This document shows, one piece after another, positions 1-10,389 of a DNA stretch of 35,240 nucleotides (position 1 is its first letter; every line of letters begins with the position of its first letter). The stretch covers positions 1 to 35,240 of the forward strand of contig JBDHKN010000050.1 of NCBI GenBank assembly GCA_039586365.1. The letters are read 5' to 3'. Position numbers and translations under genes: made by a program. The notes beneath the pieces are model-generated. The model made no database searches, had not been told where the DNA came from, and saw only the letters and a list, made by a program, of their open reading frames with translations. Source of the stretch: Gemmatimonadota bacterium (GTDB taxonomy: Bacteria > Gemmatimonadota > Gemmatimonadetes > Gemmatimonadales > GWC2-71-9).

Positions 1-1269
1 TTCGCCGACCTAGTGATGGAGGAACTCGGCGCCAAGCATGGGCGCGACATCCGAGATCGTGGTCTCACCGTGTTCACGACTCTGGACATGAGGCTACAAG
101 TGTTGGCTGAACGCGCCGTGCGGGATGAACTCGAGCGACTCGAGCGCTACTATCCTAGGCTGAGACGTGAAGATTCGCCGCTACAAGCGGCTCTCGTAGC
201 GATTGGCCCGAGGTCAGGTGAAATAGTGGCAATGGTGGGCGGGCGCGACTACGGACAGTCACAGTTCAATCGGGCGGCCAAGGCGTATCGTCAACCGGGG
301 AGTTCGTTCAAGCCAATCGTTGCGCTCGCAGCACTGGCAGAGCGCAGATTCACGCTCGCGTCGAGGCTGGCAGACGAACCGCTCTCGGTCGAGACGCACG
401 CGGGATTCTGGGAGCCAGCCAATTACGATGGCAAGTTCCGCGGTATGGTTACCGTGCGAGAGGCGCTGGAGCGGTCGCTCAATGTGCCATTCGCCAGGCT
501 CGGAATGGCCGTAGGCCTTGATCGCATAGCGGCTACGGGCCACAAGCTCGGAATCGATAATAGGCTGCGGCAGCTGCCGAGCCTGGCCCTCGGCTCGTCT
601 GAGGTCACGCCACTCGAATTGACGCGGGCATATGGAGTTTTTGCGGCGGAGGGATTCCGATCCGAAGTCCACACCACGCTAGGCGTGTTCGATCGGGCAG
701 GTGAGTTAGTGGATCGAGCCGAAGTAGCTGGCGAGGAAGTGTACACGCCAGAGGAAGTCTTCTTGGTGACGTCGGCTTTGATCGGTGCTGTGGAGCGCGG
801 GACGGGTCGAAGCCTGAGTTCCCTCGGCTACCGTGGCGCGGTGGCGGCCAAATCGGGCACCACCAATGACTTTCGTGATGCCTGGTTCATTGGATTCACA
901 CCTTCCTTGGTCGTAGGCGTCTGGGTGGGCTTCGACGACGGCAGAAGTGTGGGGCTTCCCGGGTCCAGAGCGGCTCTCCCGATCTTCGGGCGGTTCCTGG
1001 TCGACGCGATCGGACGGTACGGTGAGGATGATTTCTCAATACCCCGCGGCCTGGAGATAGCTGAGGTAGATCGGGAAACGGGCCTCCTTGGAGGGCCGGG
1101 CTGTCGAGGCGAGCCAGAGGTGTTCCTCAGAGGCACAGCTCCCACAGAGAGTTGTTCCCCATATTGGCGGCCTACGCGGCGGTCGAGGATTGCCAGTTCG
1201 CGGCTGTACGATCGGGTGGCACCACTGATCAGTGAGCTACGACGTCTATTGGGTGGGGGGAACAACTGA
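1..1269 (+). CDS. Class A penicillin-binding protein (PBP1A/1B-like), transpeptidase domain and C-terminus; 5'-truncated by window edge
   Basis: Frame is open from base 1. Motifs RQPGSSFKP (SxxK), ERSLNVP (SxN), AAKSGTTND (KTG-like) and DAWFIGFTP/VWVGFDD are typical of class A PBPs. Confidence 0.93.
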   Translation, partial: FADLVMEELGAKHGRDIRDRGLTVFTTLDMRLQVLAERAVRDELERLERYYPRLRREDSPLQAALVAIGPRSGEIVAMVGGRDYGQSQFNRAAKAYRQPGSSFKPIVALAALAERRFTLASRLADEPLSVETHAGFWEPANYDGKFRGMVTVREALERSLNVPFARLGMAVGLDRIAATGHKLGIDNRLRQLPSLALGSSEVTPLELTRAYGVFAAEGFRSEVHTTLGVFDRAGELVDRAEVAGEEVYTPEEVFLVTSALIGAVERGTGRSLSSLGYRGAVAAKSGTTNDFRDAWFIGFTPSLVVGVWVGFDDGRSVGLPGSRAALPIFGRFLVDAIGRYGEDDFSIPRGLEIAEVDRETGLLGGPGCRGEPEVFLRGTAPTESCSPYWRPTRRSRIASSRLYDRVAPLISELRRLLGGGNN

Positions 1270-1419
1270 ACGGCCTTGGCAATGGTAACGCTCTAGCAAA
1301 CCGATTGAGTAGATGACATAGGTCGCAAGTGCGGTGATAGACGGCCGGCACGGAGCACCTGAGGGCCGGGGACCGAGATCTGATTAGTGGGGCGGTAGCA
1401 CGCGCATAAGGCAACAGAT

Positions 1420-2238
1420 TCATCTGCAGAACGAAAACAGATGCACTTGCCACTTGGTGAGAGGGCTGGTTCCAGCCGAGTTGAACAGGTCAAGGGCGGA
1501 GCGGGCACTCATGTAGGTCTGACCTTCGTTCCTGGGATCACCAAACGAGTAGGTGAGCCCTCCCTGCTGCTCAACGGTCACGTAACTGTCCAACAGCCCT
1601 CGCAAATCCTCACGCCGGAGGTCAAAAGGGACCCACGGTGTCGTGGCGATGACTCGTTGGTAGGTTAGACCGGTGAGTTCTCTTAGGGTGCGATCGATCC
1701 GCCTCCGACCGTATTGGATTGAAATCTGCAGACCCACAACCCCGCCATCCCTCAGGAACTCGCAACATCCGGCCAGAACCGCTCTCCTAAGAGAGAACCC
1801 GTCGTCTCCTTCACTTCCCGAAGGATTCGACACCACGAAGTCGATGTTTCCTTTGACGCGTTGTAGGGCTTCTTGTCCCAGCAGGGTCAGCGCACGATAG
1901 GAGTCGGCGTGCAGGAAGGTCGTGTCTTTGGCCACGCCGTTCAATACTGCGTTTTCCTTTGCTGCCTCGACGTCGGACCACGACAGGTCGAGGCCGATGA
2001 CGGACCTCACCCCAGGGATCTTTGCCGCGACGATGGCCAAGCAGCCTGTGCCACAACCCCAGTCGATGCCCCTACCTCCGAAAAGCCATTGATTCTGGCT
2101 GAGAGCGCGGACACACACCATGCTGGCAGGCGTGAGCCCGTAGGTACCCGGAGGGTGACGCAGAGAAACGGGGGCTAGGTGCCCGATTTCCCTTTCCGAC
2201 AGGAGAGTGTGCGATTCTGGAGGTTCTCGTGTGTGCAT
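1420..2238 (-). CDS. Class I SAM-dependent methyltransferase (PrmC/small MTase-like)
   Basis: Motif I IDWGCGTGCLA, acidic GLDLS after beta-2, AAKENAVLNGV, and DFVVSNP (NPP-like motif IV). Confidence 0.8.
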   Translation of the reverse strand: MHTREPPESHTLLSEREIGHLAPVSLRHPPGTYGLTPASMVCVRALSQNQWLFGGRGIDWGCGTGCLAIVAAKIPGVRSVIGLDLSWSDVEAAKENAVLNGVAKDTTFLHADSYRALTLLGQEALQRVKGNIDFVVSNPSGSEGDDGFSLRRAVLAGCCEFLRDGGVVGLQISIQYGRRRIDRTLRELTGLTYQRVIATTPWVPFDLRREDLRGLLDSYVTVEQQGGLTYSFGDPRNEGQTYMSARSALDLFNSAGTSPLTKWQVHLFSFCR

Positions 2239-2457
2239 TGTGACTGTTCACATAGGGCGAACGCTAACGTAAGCCGAACCCCGTAGCGGGGCTAGCTCTG
2301 GCAATCAGGTCTTGTACCAGGGGATGCCTCGCCTCACAGTGCATGGCCGTGGAGCTGGACAATCTGGTGTGGGTCCTCGGTGTTGAGGGAAACTCCTTGA
2401 CGGCCGGTTTCGTACTGCATTCGTAGTGTTCCCCCAACGCACAACGGGAGTAGCCAC

Positions 2458-4902
2458 ATGGCCAACCTGCGCCAAGATCTCCGTTTCGCTGTTCGAATGT
2501 TGTTCAAGAGCCCAATGTTCACTGCGGCTGCGGTCCTCACCTTGGCGCTGGGAATCGGCCTCAACGCCGCAGTGTTCAGCGCAGTTCACACGCTGCTGTT
2601 CAGAGCCATCCCGGAGGTTCGCAACGACGCAGAGTTGGTGCAGCTTTACCGGACCTGGCCTGGCGACATGATCTATGGGTCCAACTCCATTCCCCATTAT
2701 CAGGACTTGCGGGATCGTGTAGACGCCTTTCGCGGTCAAGTGGCGGCGTGGACGTTCGTGCCGATGAGCCTGAGCGCGGATGGGCAAAGTGAGCGGATCC
2801 TTGGCAACATGGTGTCGGCCAACTACTTCACTGTTCTGGGATCACCACCGGTGCTGGGCAGGGGATTTCTCCCCGAGGAGGCTGTCGACCCGGGGGCGCA
2901 TCGGGTCTTGGTGCTGGGCTACTCCTTTTGGCAGTCCCGGTTCGGGGGGGACGCTTCGCTGGTTGGTCGGACGATCACATTGAATGGGCAGTCGTGGACT
3001 GTGGTCGGCGTGGCCCGTGAGGGTTTTCGGGGTGCCATGCCGATACTCGACCCGCCAGTCTACGCGCCACTGATGATGCAGCGGGAGTTGATCCCTGGGC
3101 GTGATCTCATCGAAGCTCGTGGCAATAATTGGATGAATGTGGTGGCGCGGCTCGCACCAGGTATCACGGTTGAGCAAGCCCGGGCGAATCTGAATGCGTT
3201 TGTCCTCCAGATGCGGGAAGAACTGCCCGATCATTACGATGAATCAGGCATCAATCTGGTGCCCCAGAAGCAGGCCGGAATCCATCCCATGTTCCGCTCA
3301 GCTCAAGTGAGCATGTCCGCTGTGATCATGTTGGTGGTTGCGTTCCTTCTCATGATCGCGTGCATCAACGTGGCGAACCTATTCCTCGCACGTTCCGGCG
3401 AGCGACGCAGGGAGATGGCAATCCGCCTGAGCCTCGGCGCAAGACGGGGACGGATCATCACCCAACTTCTTACTGAGAGCGTGATGTTCTCCCTGATAGC
3501 GGGTGCGGCTGGCTTGATCCTCGCCTATTGGGCAGTGGGGATCGCCAACTCACTCAGGCTGCCAATCGACTATCATGGGGATTTCGGCCTGAGCCTCGAC
3601 CGAACCGTCCTGTTGTTCACACTTGGGCTAGCAGTCTTGACGGGTATTGTGTTCGGGTTGGCTCCGGCCGTACAGGCGTCCAAGCCTGAGATGATATCAG
3701 CGCTGAAAGGCGAGGTCTCTCTGGAACCCGGTGGCAGGAACCGTCTCATCAACATGCTGGTCGTGGCGCAGACCGCTCTCTCTATCCTATTGCTCATCAG
3801 TTCGGGGCTCTTCTTGAGAGGGCTGCAAGCCGCAACCTCCGTGGATAAGGGATTCAACGAGCAGAACCTGTTGCTCGCCTCAGTGGATCCGGGCCTCCAG
3901 GGTTACGATCGGGAGGAGGCGGAGACGTTTTACCGCGAACTCGATGTTGCGCTGCGAGCGCTGCCTGGAGTTCGAGCCGTGGGCTATGCCAGCGCGGTTC
4001 CGCTGAGTCTCAGTATGTCCGACCGGGGCGTGTCGATCCCCGGCTATGAACCTGCCCCTAACGAAGGAATGAGCATCAGCTACAGTGTGGTGACGCCGGG
4101 GTATTTCGCGGCCATGGAGATCCCGGTTCTTACGGGCCGAGCTTTCGGTGAAGTAGACAGCCGGGACGGGTCCCCGGTACTCGTGATCAATCAGAAGTTC
4201 GCCGACCGCTTCTTCCCCGGCGAGAATGCCGTGGGGAAGATCGTACGGACCGCAGGCCAAGATCGAGAGGTGATCGGTATAGTCAAGACCGGGAAGTACC
4301 GTAGCCTTGGCGAAGACCCTCTGGACTTCATGTACCTAGCTCAGGCTCAAGTGTGGAACTTCCCAATGACGGTTCACATTCGGACCACCGGAGATCCGGA
4401 GGCACTAGCGACGCTGGTGCGTCGCGAGGTGCAGCGATTGGATCCTACCATGCCGGTGGCTGACCTTCGTAGTATGAACAACCAATTGGGTATCGCGCTC
4501 TTCCCGGCCCGCTTGGGTGGTGCGACTCTCGGCATCTTCGGGATACTGGGCATGATACTGGCCGCCGTGGGCATCTACAGCGTCATGGCTTACTCTGTGA
4601 GTCAACGGGTTCGAGAAATCGGGATCCGGATTGCCCTCGGTGCACCCCGAGGGCAGGTTGTGTCAACGGTCATTCAGAAGGGGATGGTCTTGGTGGGGAT
4701 CGGTGTCATTCTTGGGTTGGGAGCGTCTTTGGGTGCCAGCCAGTTCATGGCGAGTCTCATCTACGGAGTCAGCGCAGTGGATCCTGTGACCTTTTTCGGG
4801 GTGCCCGGTCTGCTGTTTGCGGTGGCGTTCCTCGCTACGTTCCTGCCGGCCCGACGGGCTGCCTCGGTAGATCCGGTGCTGGCGCTGCGGGCGGGGGGGT
4901 AA
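2458..4902 (+). CDS. ABC transporter permease, ADOP/MacB-FtsX duplicated type
   Basis: N-terminal QDLRFAVRML..SPMFT..AVLTLALGIG, LMIACINVANL, RRREMAIRLSLGA, REIGIRIALGA and C-terminal LPARRAASVDP. RBS GGGAG lies upstream of the ATG. Confidence 0.95.
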   Translation: MANLRQDLRFAVRMLFKSPMFTAAAVLTLALGIGLNAAVFSAVHTLLFRAIPEVRNDAELVQLYRTWPGDMIYGSNSIPHYQDLRDRVDAFRGQVAAWTFVPMSLSADGQSERILGNMVSANYFTVLGSPPVLGRGFLPEEAVDPGAHRVLVLGYSFWQSRFGGDASLVGRTITLNGQSWTVVGVAREGFRGAMPILDPPVYAPLMMQRELIPGRDLIEARGNNWMNVVARLAPGITVEQARANLNAFVLQMREELPDHYDESGINLVPQKQAGIHPMFRSAQVSMSAVIMLVVAFLLMIACINVANLFLARSGERRREMAIRLSLGARRGRIITQLLTESVMFSLIAGAAGLILAYWAVGIANSLRLPIDYHGDFGLSLDRTVLLFTLGLAVLTGIVFGLAPAVQASKPEMISALKGEVSLEPGGRNRLINMLVVAQTALSILLLISSGLFLRGLQAATSVDKGFNEQNLLLASVDPGLQGYDREEAETFYRELDVALRALPGVRAVGYASAVPLSLSMSDRGVSIPGYEPAPNEGMSISYSVVTPGYFAAMEIPVLTGRAFGEVDSRDGSPVLVINQKFADRFFPGENAVGKIVRTAGQDREVIGIVKTGKYRSLGEDPLDFMYLAQAQVWNFPMTVHIRTTGDPEALATLVRREVQRLDPTMPVADLRSMNNQLGIALFPARLGGATLGIFGILGMILAAVGIYSVMAYSVSQRVREIGIRIALGAPRGQVVSTVIQKGMVLVGIGVILGLGASLGASQFMASLIYGVSAVDPVTFFGVPGLLFAVAFLATFLPARRAASVDPVLALRAGG

Positions 4903-4903
4903 G

Positions 4904-4938
4904 GATTGACGATTGACGATTGACGATTGACGATTGAC
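4904..4938 (+). repeat. Perfect heptamer tandem repeat (GATTGAC)x5 directly after the permease stop codon
   Basis: Read directly: gattgac at 4904, 4911, 4918, 4925 and 4932. Confidence 0.95.
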
Positions 4939-5241
4939 GAGTTGCGAGTTCGGGCTGGTGACCCTTGAACTTCTCCTGGTTAAGTGGAGATCGAGTCAAG
5001 AGTAGGTCGACGTTGTGGAGCAAGGTGTTTTGGGTGGCCGGTTCGTTCCCCAACGCAAACGGTCAACCTCGTGCTGCACTCAACGCTGAAGATCTCCAAC
5101 TAGCAAATCCCCGTAGGAAGTGTACTTGCGCTTGTCGTGGCGGACTATCTCTGCGCATCTTATCAGATACCGGCTGCCACGGACGCGGATTGCACGCGAG
5201 CCCGCTACATCACCAAGCCACGGAGAACTAAGGCTGGGATT

Positions 5242-5829
5242 ATGAAACCCTTCGTTCCGGTATACAAGCGGCTTGCTCGACTGGTCACGGCACTAGCCGC
5301 CGCCAGTGGTGGGCACGTCCAAGTCAGCGCGCAACAAGTCGAGTGGAATGTCCACCGCGATCAGGCAGCAGGTTTTGAGATCCCATATCCAGACGCTTGG
5401 CGTGTAATAGTGGCAAAACCAAGATCCGGTCCCGGTACGACCTGGGAACCTGAGATTCTCCTAGAGGGAGAACTCCACAAGACCGTGTTCTACGAAAGCG
5501 ACAACAGTTTCTGGCCTGGACAGTACACGGTCCGGGTCTTGGAGAATCCGGATTCTCTGTCGCTGGAAACTGCGTACGCACAGTTTGATTTGTCTGACCT
5601 CTGGGATAGCAGTGCTGCCGACACCATTTTGGCGGGCCACCCGGTGAAGACCTGGGTCCGTTGGAACTATGATTCGCTCGGCCGCGAGTACCTTCTGGTA
5701 CGACCCAACCAAATGTTCCACATCCTGTTTGATGAGGAGAATGGGAATGATCCGGACTTTGTGGAACACCACGACATATTCCTGAAGATGACCGCGGGTT
5801 TCAGGTTGGTGCCAGGGGCCGTACGATAA
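5242..5829 (+). CDS. Hypothetical secreted protein
   Basis: Probable start ATG at 5242 gives a signal-peptide-like N-terminus (MKPFVPVYKRLARLVTALAAA...VSA-QQ) followed by a GFEIPYPDAW segment reminiscent of PsbP-like folds. Confidence 0.65.
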   Translation: MKPFVPVYKRLARLVTALAAASGGHVQVSAQQVEWNVHRDQAAGFEIPYPDAWRVIVAKPRSGPGTTWEPEILLEGELHKTVFYESDNSFWPGQYTVRVLENPDSLSLETAYAQFDLSDLWDSSAADTILAGHPVKTWVRWNYDSLGREYLLVRPNQMFHILFDEENGNDPDFVEHHDIFLKMTAGFRLVPGAVR

Positions 5830-5861
5830 GGCACGCTGTGTTCTAATCCGGATGCTAAATC

Positions 5862-6335
5862 ATGAGACGGGCTGACCGCGAAGTAACGGATCGCATGCAG
5901 ATCGATGAGATCATCCGATCATGTCTCGTTTGTCACATAGGCATGTCGAAGGATGATCGTCCCTACGTACTGCCGTTCTCGTTTGGCTATGTCGATGGCC
6001 GCATCTACATACACACCGCGGACGACGGGGCCAAGATAGAACATTTCACCACGAACCCCAACGTCGCCTTCTGTCTTGAATCGACTGTCGAACTGGTTTC
6101 TTCTCCCGAACCGCCTTGTAAGTGGTCATTCAAGTACCAGTCTGTGGCGGGTCAGGGGTCGATCGTTGAAGTTACGATGCAGGAAGAGCGGATAAGTGCC
6201 TTAGAGGCCATCGTTTCCCAGTACGGGAGGTCGGACCACGTCTTCTCGGCTGAAGACTTGAAGAAGCTCCGCGTTTGGCGAATCGAAATTCAGTCCATTT
6301 CTGGTAAATCGTCTCTGCCCAAGGATGCAGGATAG
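5862..6335 (+). CDS. Pyridoxamine 5'-phosphate oxidase-like / NimA-like flavin-binding protein
   Basis: MRRADREVTD, PYVLPFSFGY, IYIHTADDGAK, NPNVAF, YQSVAGQG and ISGK match the Nim/PNPOx-like family pattern. Confidence 0.88.
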   Translation: MRRADREVTDRMQIDEIIRSCLVCHIGMSKDDRPYVLPFSFGYVDGRIYIHTADDGAKIEHFTTNPNVAFCLESTVELVSSPEPPCKWSFKYQSVAGQGSIVEVTMQEERISALEAIVSQYGRSDHVFSAEDLKKLRVWRIEIQSISGKSSLPKDAG

Positions 6336-6532
6336 TCGACGGCTTCCAGGGCTGGCCGTTAGATTCCGCCGAGGTCCCTGATCGTGAGTCCAATCCGCCG
6401 GGCGTCCGTCCTGTGACAGGAGACGTACTCCAGGCAGGGATGGAGCGACACTGAGCTATGTCACACGGGCACATCGTGGAAAGCAGCTGTGGCGGAGGTG
6501 TCGGAGACAGAAGTCAGTGATCGTGATAAGGA

Positions 6533-7246
6533 GTGGATGCAATGCCGGATAGACCGTTTGATGAGTACGCAGAAGAGTACGATGCCTGGTTTCTGAAGAA
6601 TCGCCAAGTTCTGGAGTCTGAGGTACTTCTCTTGAAACACTTCCTGGGTAGCCTTGGGAAGGCGTTGAGTGTCGGGTGCGGCAGTGGTTTGTTCGAGCAC
6701 ATCCTCCGCTCTGAGCATGGGATCGACATTAGGCACGGCGTAGAGCCAGCCGGTGGAATGGCACACATAGCAGAAAAACGAGGGATGACGGTGAGGAGCG
6801 GGAACGCGGAAGCACTGCCGTTCGACGATGACGAGTTTGACACTGTGATCTTGAATGGGACTCCTGGCTACGTCGAGGACTTGAAGCAGGCCTTCTCCGA
6901 GGCAGGCCGTGTCTTGAAGCCGGGTGGCGCAATCGTAGTCGCTGACGTGCCAGCAGAGAGTTCATACGGGCTCCTCTACCAACTGGCCACGGTGAAGGGA
7001 AGCTGGGATGACCCGTATCTCAGCAGTCTGGCGCCGCCCCATCCCTACCCAATCGAATTCGCTGCTGCGGCAAAGTGGAGGACGACGGCAGAGAAGATAG
7101 AGTTGCTAACCGCAGTCGGCTTCGTCGACCTGGAGTACGCACAGACCTTGACCGTTCACCCGAGGTTCTCCAACGACGGTGTCGAGCAACCTATAGAGGG
7201 CTACGACCGCGGTGATTACGTGGCTGTCCGAGGGAGGAAGCCGTAA
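6533..7246 (+). CDS. Class I SAM-dependent methyltransferase (Methyltransf_11-like)
   Basis: FDEYAEEYDAWF, SVGCGSG, GVEP, AEALPFDDDEFD and EAGRVLKPGG. RBS AAGGAG precedes the start region. Confidence 0.9.
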   Translation: MDAMPDRPFDEYAEEYDAWFLKNRQVLESEVLLLKHFLGSLGKALSVGCGSGLFEHILRSEHGIDIRHGVEPAGGMAHIAEKRGMTVRSGNAEALPFDDDEFDTVILNGTPGYVEDLKQAFSEAGRVLKPGGAIVVADVPAESSYGLLYQLATVKGSWDDPYLSSLAPPHPYPIEFAAAAKWRTTAEKIELLTAVGFVDLEYAQTLTVHPRFSNDGVEQPIEGYDRGDYVAVRGRKP

Positions 7247-7332
7247 GCTGAGGAGTTGTCCGCCATCGCGGTGCCCTGCCAGTCAGTCGGGTTTCCCGGC
7301 GGTGCGGGGGTGATACCGGTGCGAGCAACTAG

Positions 7333-7843
7333 AATGCGGCCCAAGTTCACGCTGGAGTTGTCACACCGAGCCGACGAAGTGATGTGGCGCATCCGTTCCA
7401 GCCTCGACACGGTGGAGCTAGGCTGCCTCGCCATCTCTGCCGGTCGCTGCGCCGATTCGTTCGTGGATCAGCGACAGCGACGTTTCTGGTCGCCTCATCT
7501 ATCTGTACAAGTTGACGATTCGGATGGTGGGTCAGTGCTGCGAGGACGCTTCGCGCCGCGGCCGGAAGTGTGGACTCTCATCGCATTCCTCTACTTCCTG
7601 ATGGTGTTTGCAGTCGTTCTGGGTGCAGTTTTCGGGTATACACAGTGGGTGATGGGCGATACGCCGTGGGGGTTGCTCGCTGTACCAATAGGCACCCTCA
7701 CGATTGTGTCACTCCATGTAGCTAGCCTAGTTGGTCAACGTCTCAGCACCGATCAGGTGCAGCAGTTGCGAGCGATGCTGGATCTGCTGTTGGAGTGCGC
7801 ACTCGGTCCGGTTGATCCGGACCGTCTCGATAGTGACAACTGA
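7333..7843 (+). CDS. Hypothetical membrane protein (two C-terminal TM helices); start uncertain (7256-7333)
   Basis: ORF fills the gap in a co-oriented run. Contains FWSPHLSV and RFAPRPEVWT followed by two hydrophobic segments. Confidence 0.7.
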
Positions 7844-7854
7844 ACCGGTGACTC

Positions 7855-8139
7855 ATGTGTAGAAACATCAAGACCTTGTTCAACTTCGATCCGCCCGCGA
7901 CTGACGACGAAATCCGCCTGGCCTCCCTGCAGTTCGTACGCAAGGTGAGTGGTTTCTCCAAGCCATCGCAAGCGAACGAGGTAGCCTTCGACAGCGCAGT
8001 GGATGGAGTTGCGAGAGCTACACGCGCGCTGCTCGACTCACTTGAGACGAACGCTCCCACTCGAGACCGGATAGTCGAGGCTGCCAGGGCTAGTGCAAGA
8101 GCTGCGACACGTTTCCCACCGCGTGGAGTTGGCAAATGA
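7855..8139 (+). CDS. DUF2277 family protein
   Basis: Characteristic N-terminus MCRNIKTLFNFDPPATDDEIRLASLQFVRKVSGF. Confidence 0.9.
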   Translation: MCRNIKTLFNFDPPATDDEIRLASLQFVRKVSGFSKPSQANEVAFDSAVDGVARATRALLDSLETNAPTRDRIVEAARASARAATRFPPRGVGK

Positions 8140-8663
8140 GGTCGCTGACTGTGAGAATTGCACTCGTAACGGCGTGCACTGTCTTTCCCTCCAATGGCTG
8201 CACGATCGAAGACGAGCCACCGGAGGTTGAAGATCAGGCACTACAGATCGATCGCCGTTCATACGACCTCGGTGCTATCGGTGCGTTCGCTGAGATGGTA
8301 GACGCTGGCGTGAAGAGACTGGCCCTGAGCGCTCCACTCAGCCCTGCAGAGATGGATGCGCTGGCGGCGGACGCACGACGGATCGCTGCCGATCATGGGG
8401 TAGAGGTATATCGGGAAACAGAGTTCCTGGTGACCGACCTGTTCCCAGCCGATTTGACCGACGGTAAACACGTACTGCTGATCTACCGCGGCGCGACCAA
8501 ACAGGAGTATTTGGATCTCAAGGTAGCGAAGCAACGGTTGATTGAGTCGGATAGTTATGATGCTGCCGCTAGAGTTTCGGTAGCGCGCCGCCTGGGAAAT
8601 CTGCTGAGCTACACGGAAGAGAAGATCGACGCCTTGTTGGCTGCAAGGGATTCGGACCGTTGA
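8136..8663 (+). CDS. Hypothetical exported protein / putative lipoprotein
   Basis: ATGA overlap with the DUF2277 stop. Signal-like N-terminus containing Cys, then an alpha/beta body ending GNLLSY. Confidence 0.7.
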   Translation: MRSLTVRIALVTACTVFPSNGCTIEDEPPEVEDQALQIDRRSYDLGAIGAFAEMVDAGVKRLALSAPLSPAEMDALAADARRIAADHGVEVYRETEFLVTDLFPADLTDGKHVLLIYRGATKQEYLDLKVAKQRLIESDSYDAAARVSVARRLGNLLSYTEEKIDALLAARDSDR

Positions 8664-8748
8664 CTGTTGTTCGTTCACGCCGCTCCAGGATCTGTCGCAC
8701 CCGAGCCACTGTCATTGCATAGCCAGATGGGCACGTAGTAAGGGCCAG

Positions 8749-9156
8749 ATGGCCAACCATAAACGCGCAGCTCTCGGCTTCATTGTGGCACCGCTGATGG
8801 CCCCGGTTGCTTTCTGGCTCGTTGTCACTGCGCCAGTGGTGTTGCAGGACCCGGTTGAATGGTTCATGGAATTCTCTTTCGCACTTCCATTCGCCGTGTA
8901 CACCGGGGCACCGTGGGCCTACGGAGCGACTGCTATTGTCTGCGTACCGACTTATCTCGTCTTGTCCCGATGGAGCGAGGTCCGACTGTGGCCGATGATG
9001 GTCGCCGGGATCTTCAGTGGCGCTGTAACGTTGCCGCTTGCACTGGGGCTCCACCTGTGGACGGTTGTCGTGGGGGTAACGATGGGTGCGACGGGCGCTG
9101 GAGTGTTTTGGCTTTGCTTCTCTGGTCGTCTCGAGCATGGCGACAGCAGCGACTAG
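8749..9156 (+). CDS. Hypothetical integral membrane protein (~4 TM)
   Basis: Strongly hydrophobic ORF. Its stop lies 1 nt before the next ATG. Confidence 0.65.
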   Translation: MANHKRAALGFIVAPLMAPVAFWLVVTAPVVLQDPVEWFMEFSFALPFAVYTGAPWAYGATAIVCVPTYLVLSRWSEVRLWPMMVAGIFSGAVTLPLALGLHLWTVVVGVTMGATGAGVFWLCFSGRLEHGDSSD

Positions 9157-9157
9157 C

Positions 9158-10375
9158 ATGCATACTGTGACGGTCCGCGAAGCTCGACGCCTGGCACTGT
9201 GCCGGGCTGGGCTGCTGAAGCCCGAGTGGGTCGGATTTCCGCAGCGCGCGACGGGTCGTGGCAAGCGAGCCCGGGCTGCCGCCAATACAGTCATCGAACA
9301 CTTCGGCTACCTCCAACTCGATACCGTGTCAATCGCAGGCGCACGCAGCCACACGATCTTCCTCATGTCACGGTTGGGCGGATTCGATCCGACTGTCGCT
9401 GAGGAATTGCTCCAGCCTGGCGCTCCTCTCTTCGAATACTGGGGCCACGAAGCAAGCTGGATCCCGCTCGATCTCTATCCCGCCTTTGAATTCAGGCGAC
9501 GCGAGTTCCACCACCACCCCTGGTGGGGCGATCTGGTTGGGAAGCATCCGCACGTCGCCGGCGACCTGCGTCGCCGCATTCGGGAGGAGGGACCGCTCCG
9601 GTCCGCCGATATGGAAGGACAGGGCAGCCGCGGCTGGTGGGATCTCAAGGTCGCGAAGCGGGTGGCCTCAGCACTCTGGTCGAGCGGGGAATTCGCGATC
9701 CGCGAACGGAGGAACTTCCAACGGACGTACGACCTTGCCGAGCGAGTCATCCCGGAGGAAGTGCGATGCCGCCCGCTCCCCAAGCATGAAGGGATGGAGG
9801 TCCTGCTACTCAAGGCGCTCAACGGCCATGGGTGGGCGACCACCGGAACACTTGCCTCTACGTGGCGGCTGCACAACCGGAAGAAGGAGATCGCTGCAAC
9901 CTTGCAACGCCTCGTTGACAAGGGGCTGATCGTCGCCTGTGCGCTGGATAGCCTGGAAGGGCGCACTACTCAAGGGTGGATCCGGCCGGAAGACGCGGTG
10001 CTCGCAGCCCGCCTCGAGAAGGTGCGGCCCCAGAGCGACCGCGGCGTGCTCCTGTCACCTTTCGACCCACTGCTGTGGGACCGGGCTCGGGTCAAGCGAC
10101 TGTTCGGGTTCGACCAAGTTCTGGAGGTCTTCAAACCCGCCCACAAACGCACCTACGGCTACTATTGCTTGCCAGTGCTGGCTGGAGAGCGACTCGTGGC
10201 GCGTTTCGATCTCAAGGCAGAGCGCAAACTAGGGGCCCTGCGCATACTCTCCTGTCGGTTCGAGAGGACAGGAAACCAGCGTCCGGCCTCGGCCGCGGAC
10301 GGAGTGGCCGCGCGTACCGCACTTGCGCGCTACGCCGACGCGCTGGAGCTGAAGCCGCTTGGACGGCGAAGTTAG
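9158..10375 (+). CDS. YcaQ/AlkZ-like (HTH_42) DNA crosslink-repair glycosylase
   Basis: LQLDTV (QxD motif), LFEYWGHEAS, RRNFQRTYDLAERVIP, LLSPFDPLLWDRARVKRLFGFD, KRTYGYYCLPVL and RFDLKAER. Confidence 0.9.
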   Translation: MHTVTVREARRLALCRAGLLKPEWVGFPQRATGRGKRARAAANTVIEHFGYLQLDTVSIAGARSHTIFLMSRLGGFDPTVAEELLQPGAPLFEYWGHEASWIPLDLYPAFEFRRREFHHHPWWGDLVGKHPHVAGDLRRRIREEGPLRSADMEGQGSRGWWDLKVAKRVASALWSSGEFAIRERRNFQRTYDLAERVIPEEVRCRPLPKHEGMEVLLLKALNGHGWATTGTLASTWRLHNRKKEIAATLQRLVDKGLIVACALDSLEGRTTQGWIRPEDAVLAARLEKVRPQSDRGVLLSPFDPLLWDRARVKRLFGFDQVLEVFKPAHKRTYGYYCLPVLAGERLVARFDLKAERKLGALRILSCRFERTGNQRPASAADGVAARTALARYADALELKPLGRRS

Positions 10376-10389
10376 GGGGATCCTGACTG

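Noticed and set aside
2240..2253. TGTGA-ctgt-TCACA palindrome beside the methyltransferase start as a CRP/Rex site
   Set aside because: The spacer is 4 nt rather than the 6 nt expected, and it is a single occurrence.
4904..4938. Possible CRISPR array
   Set aside because: 7-bp units with no spacers and no cas genes in the window.
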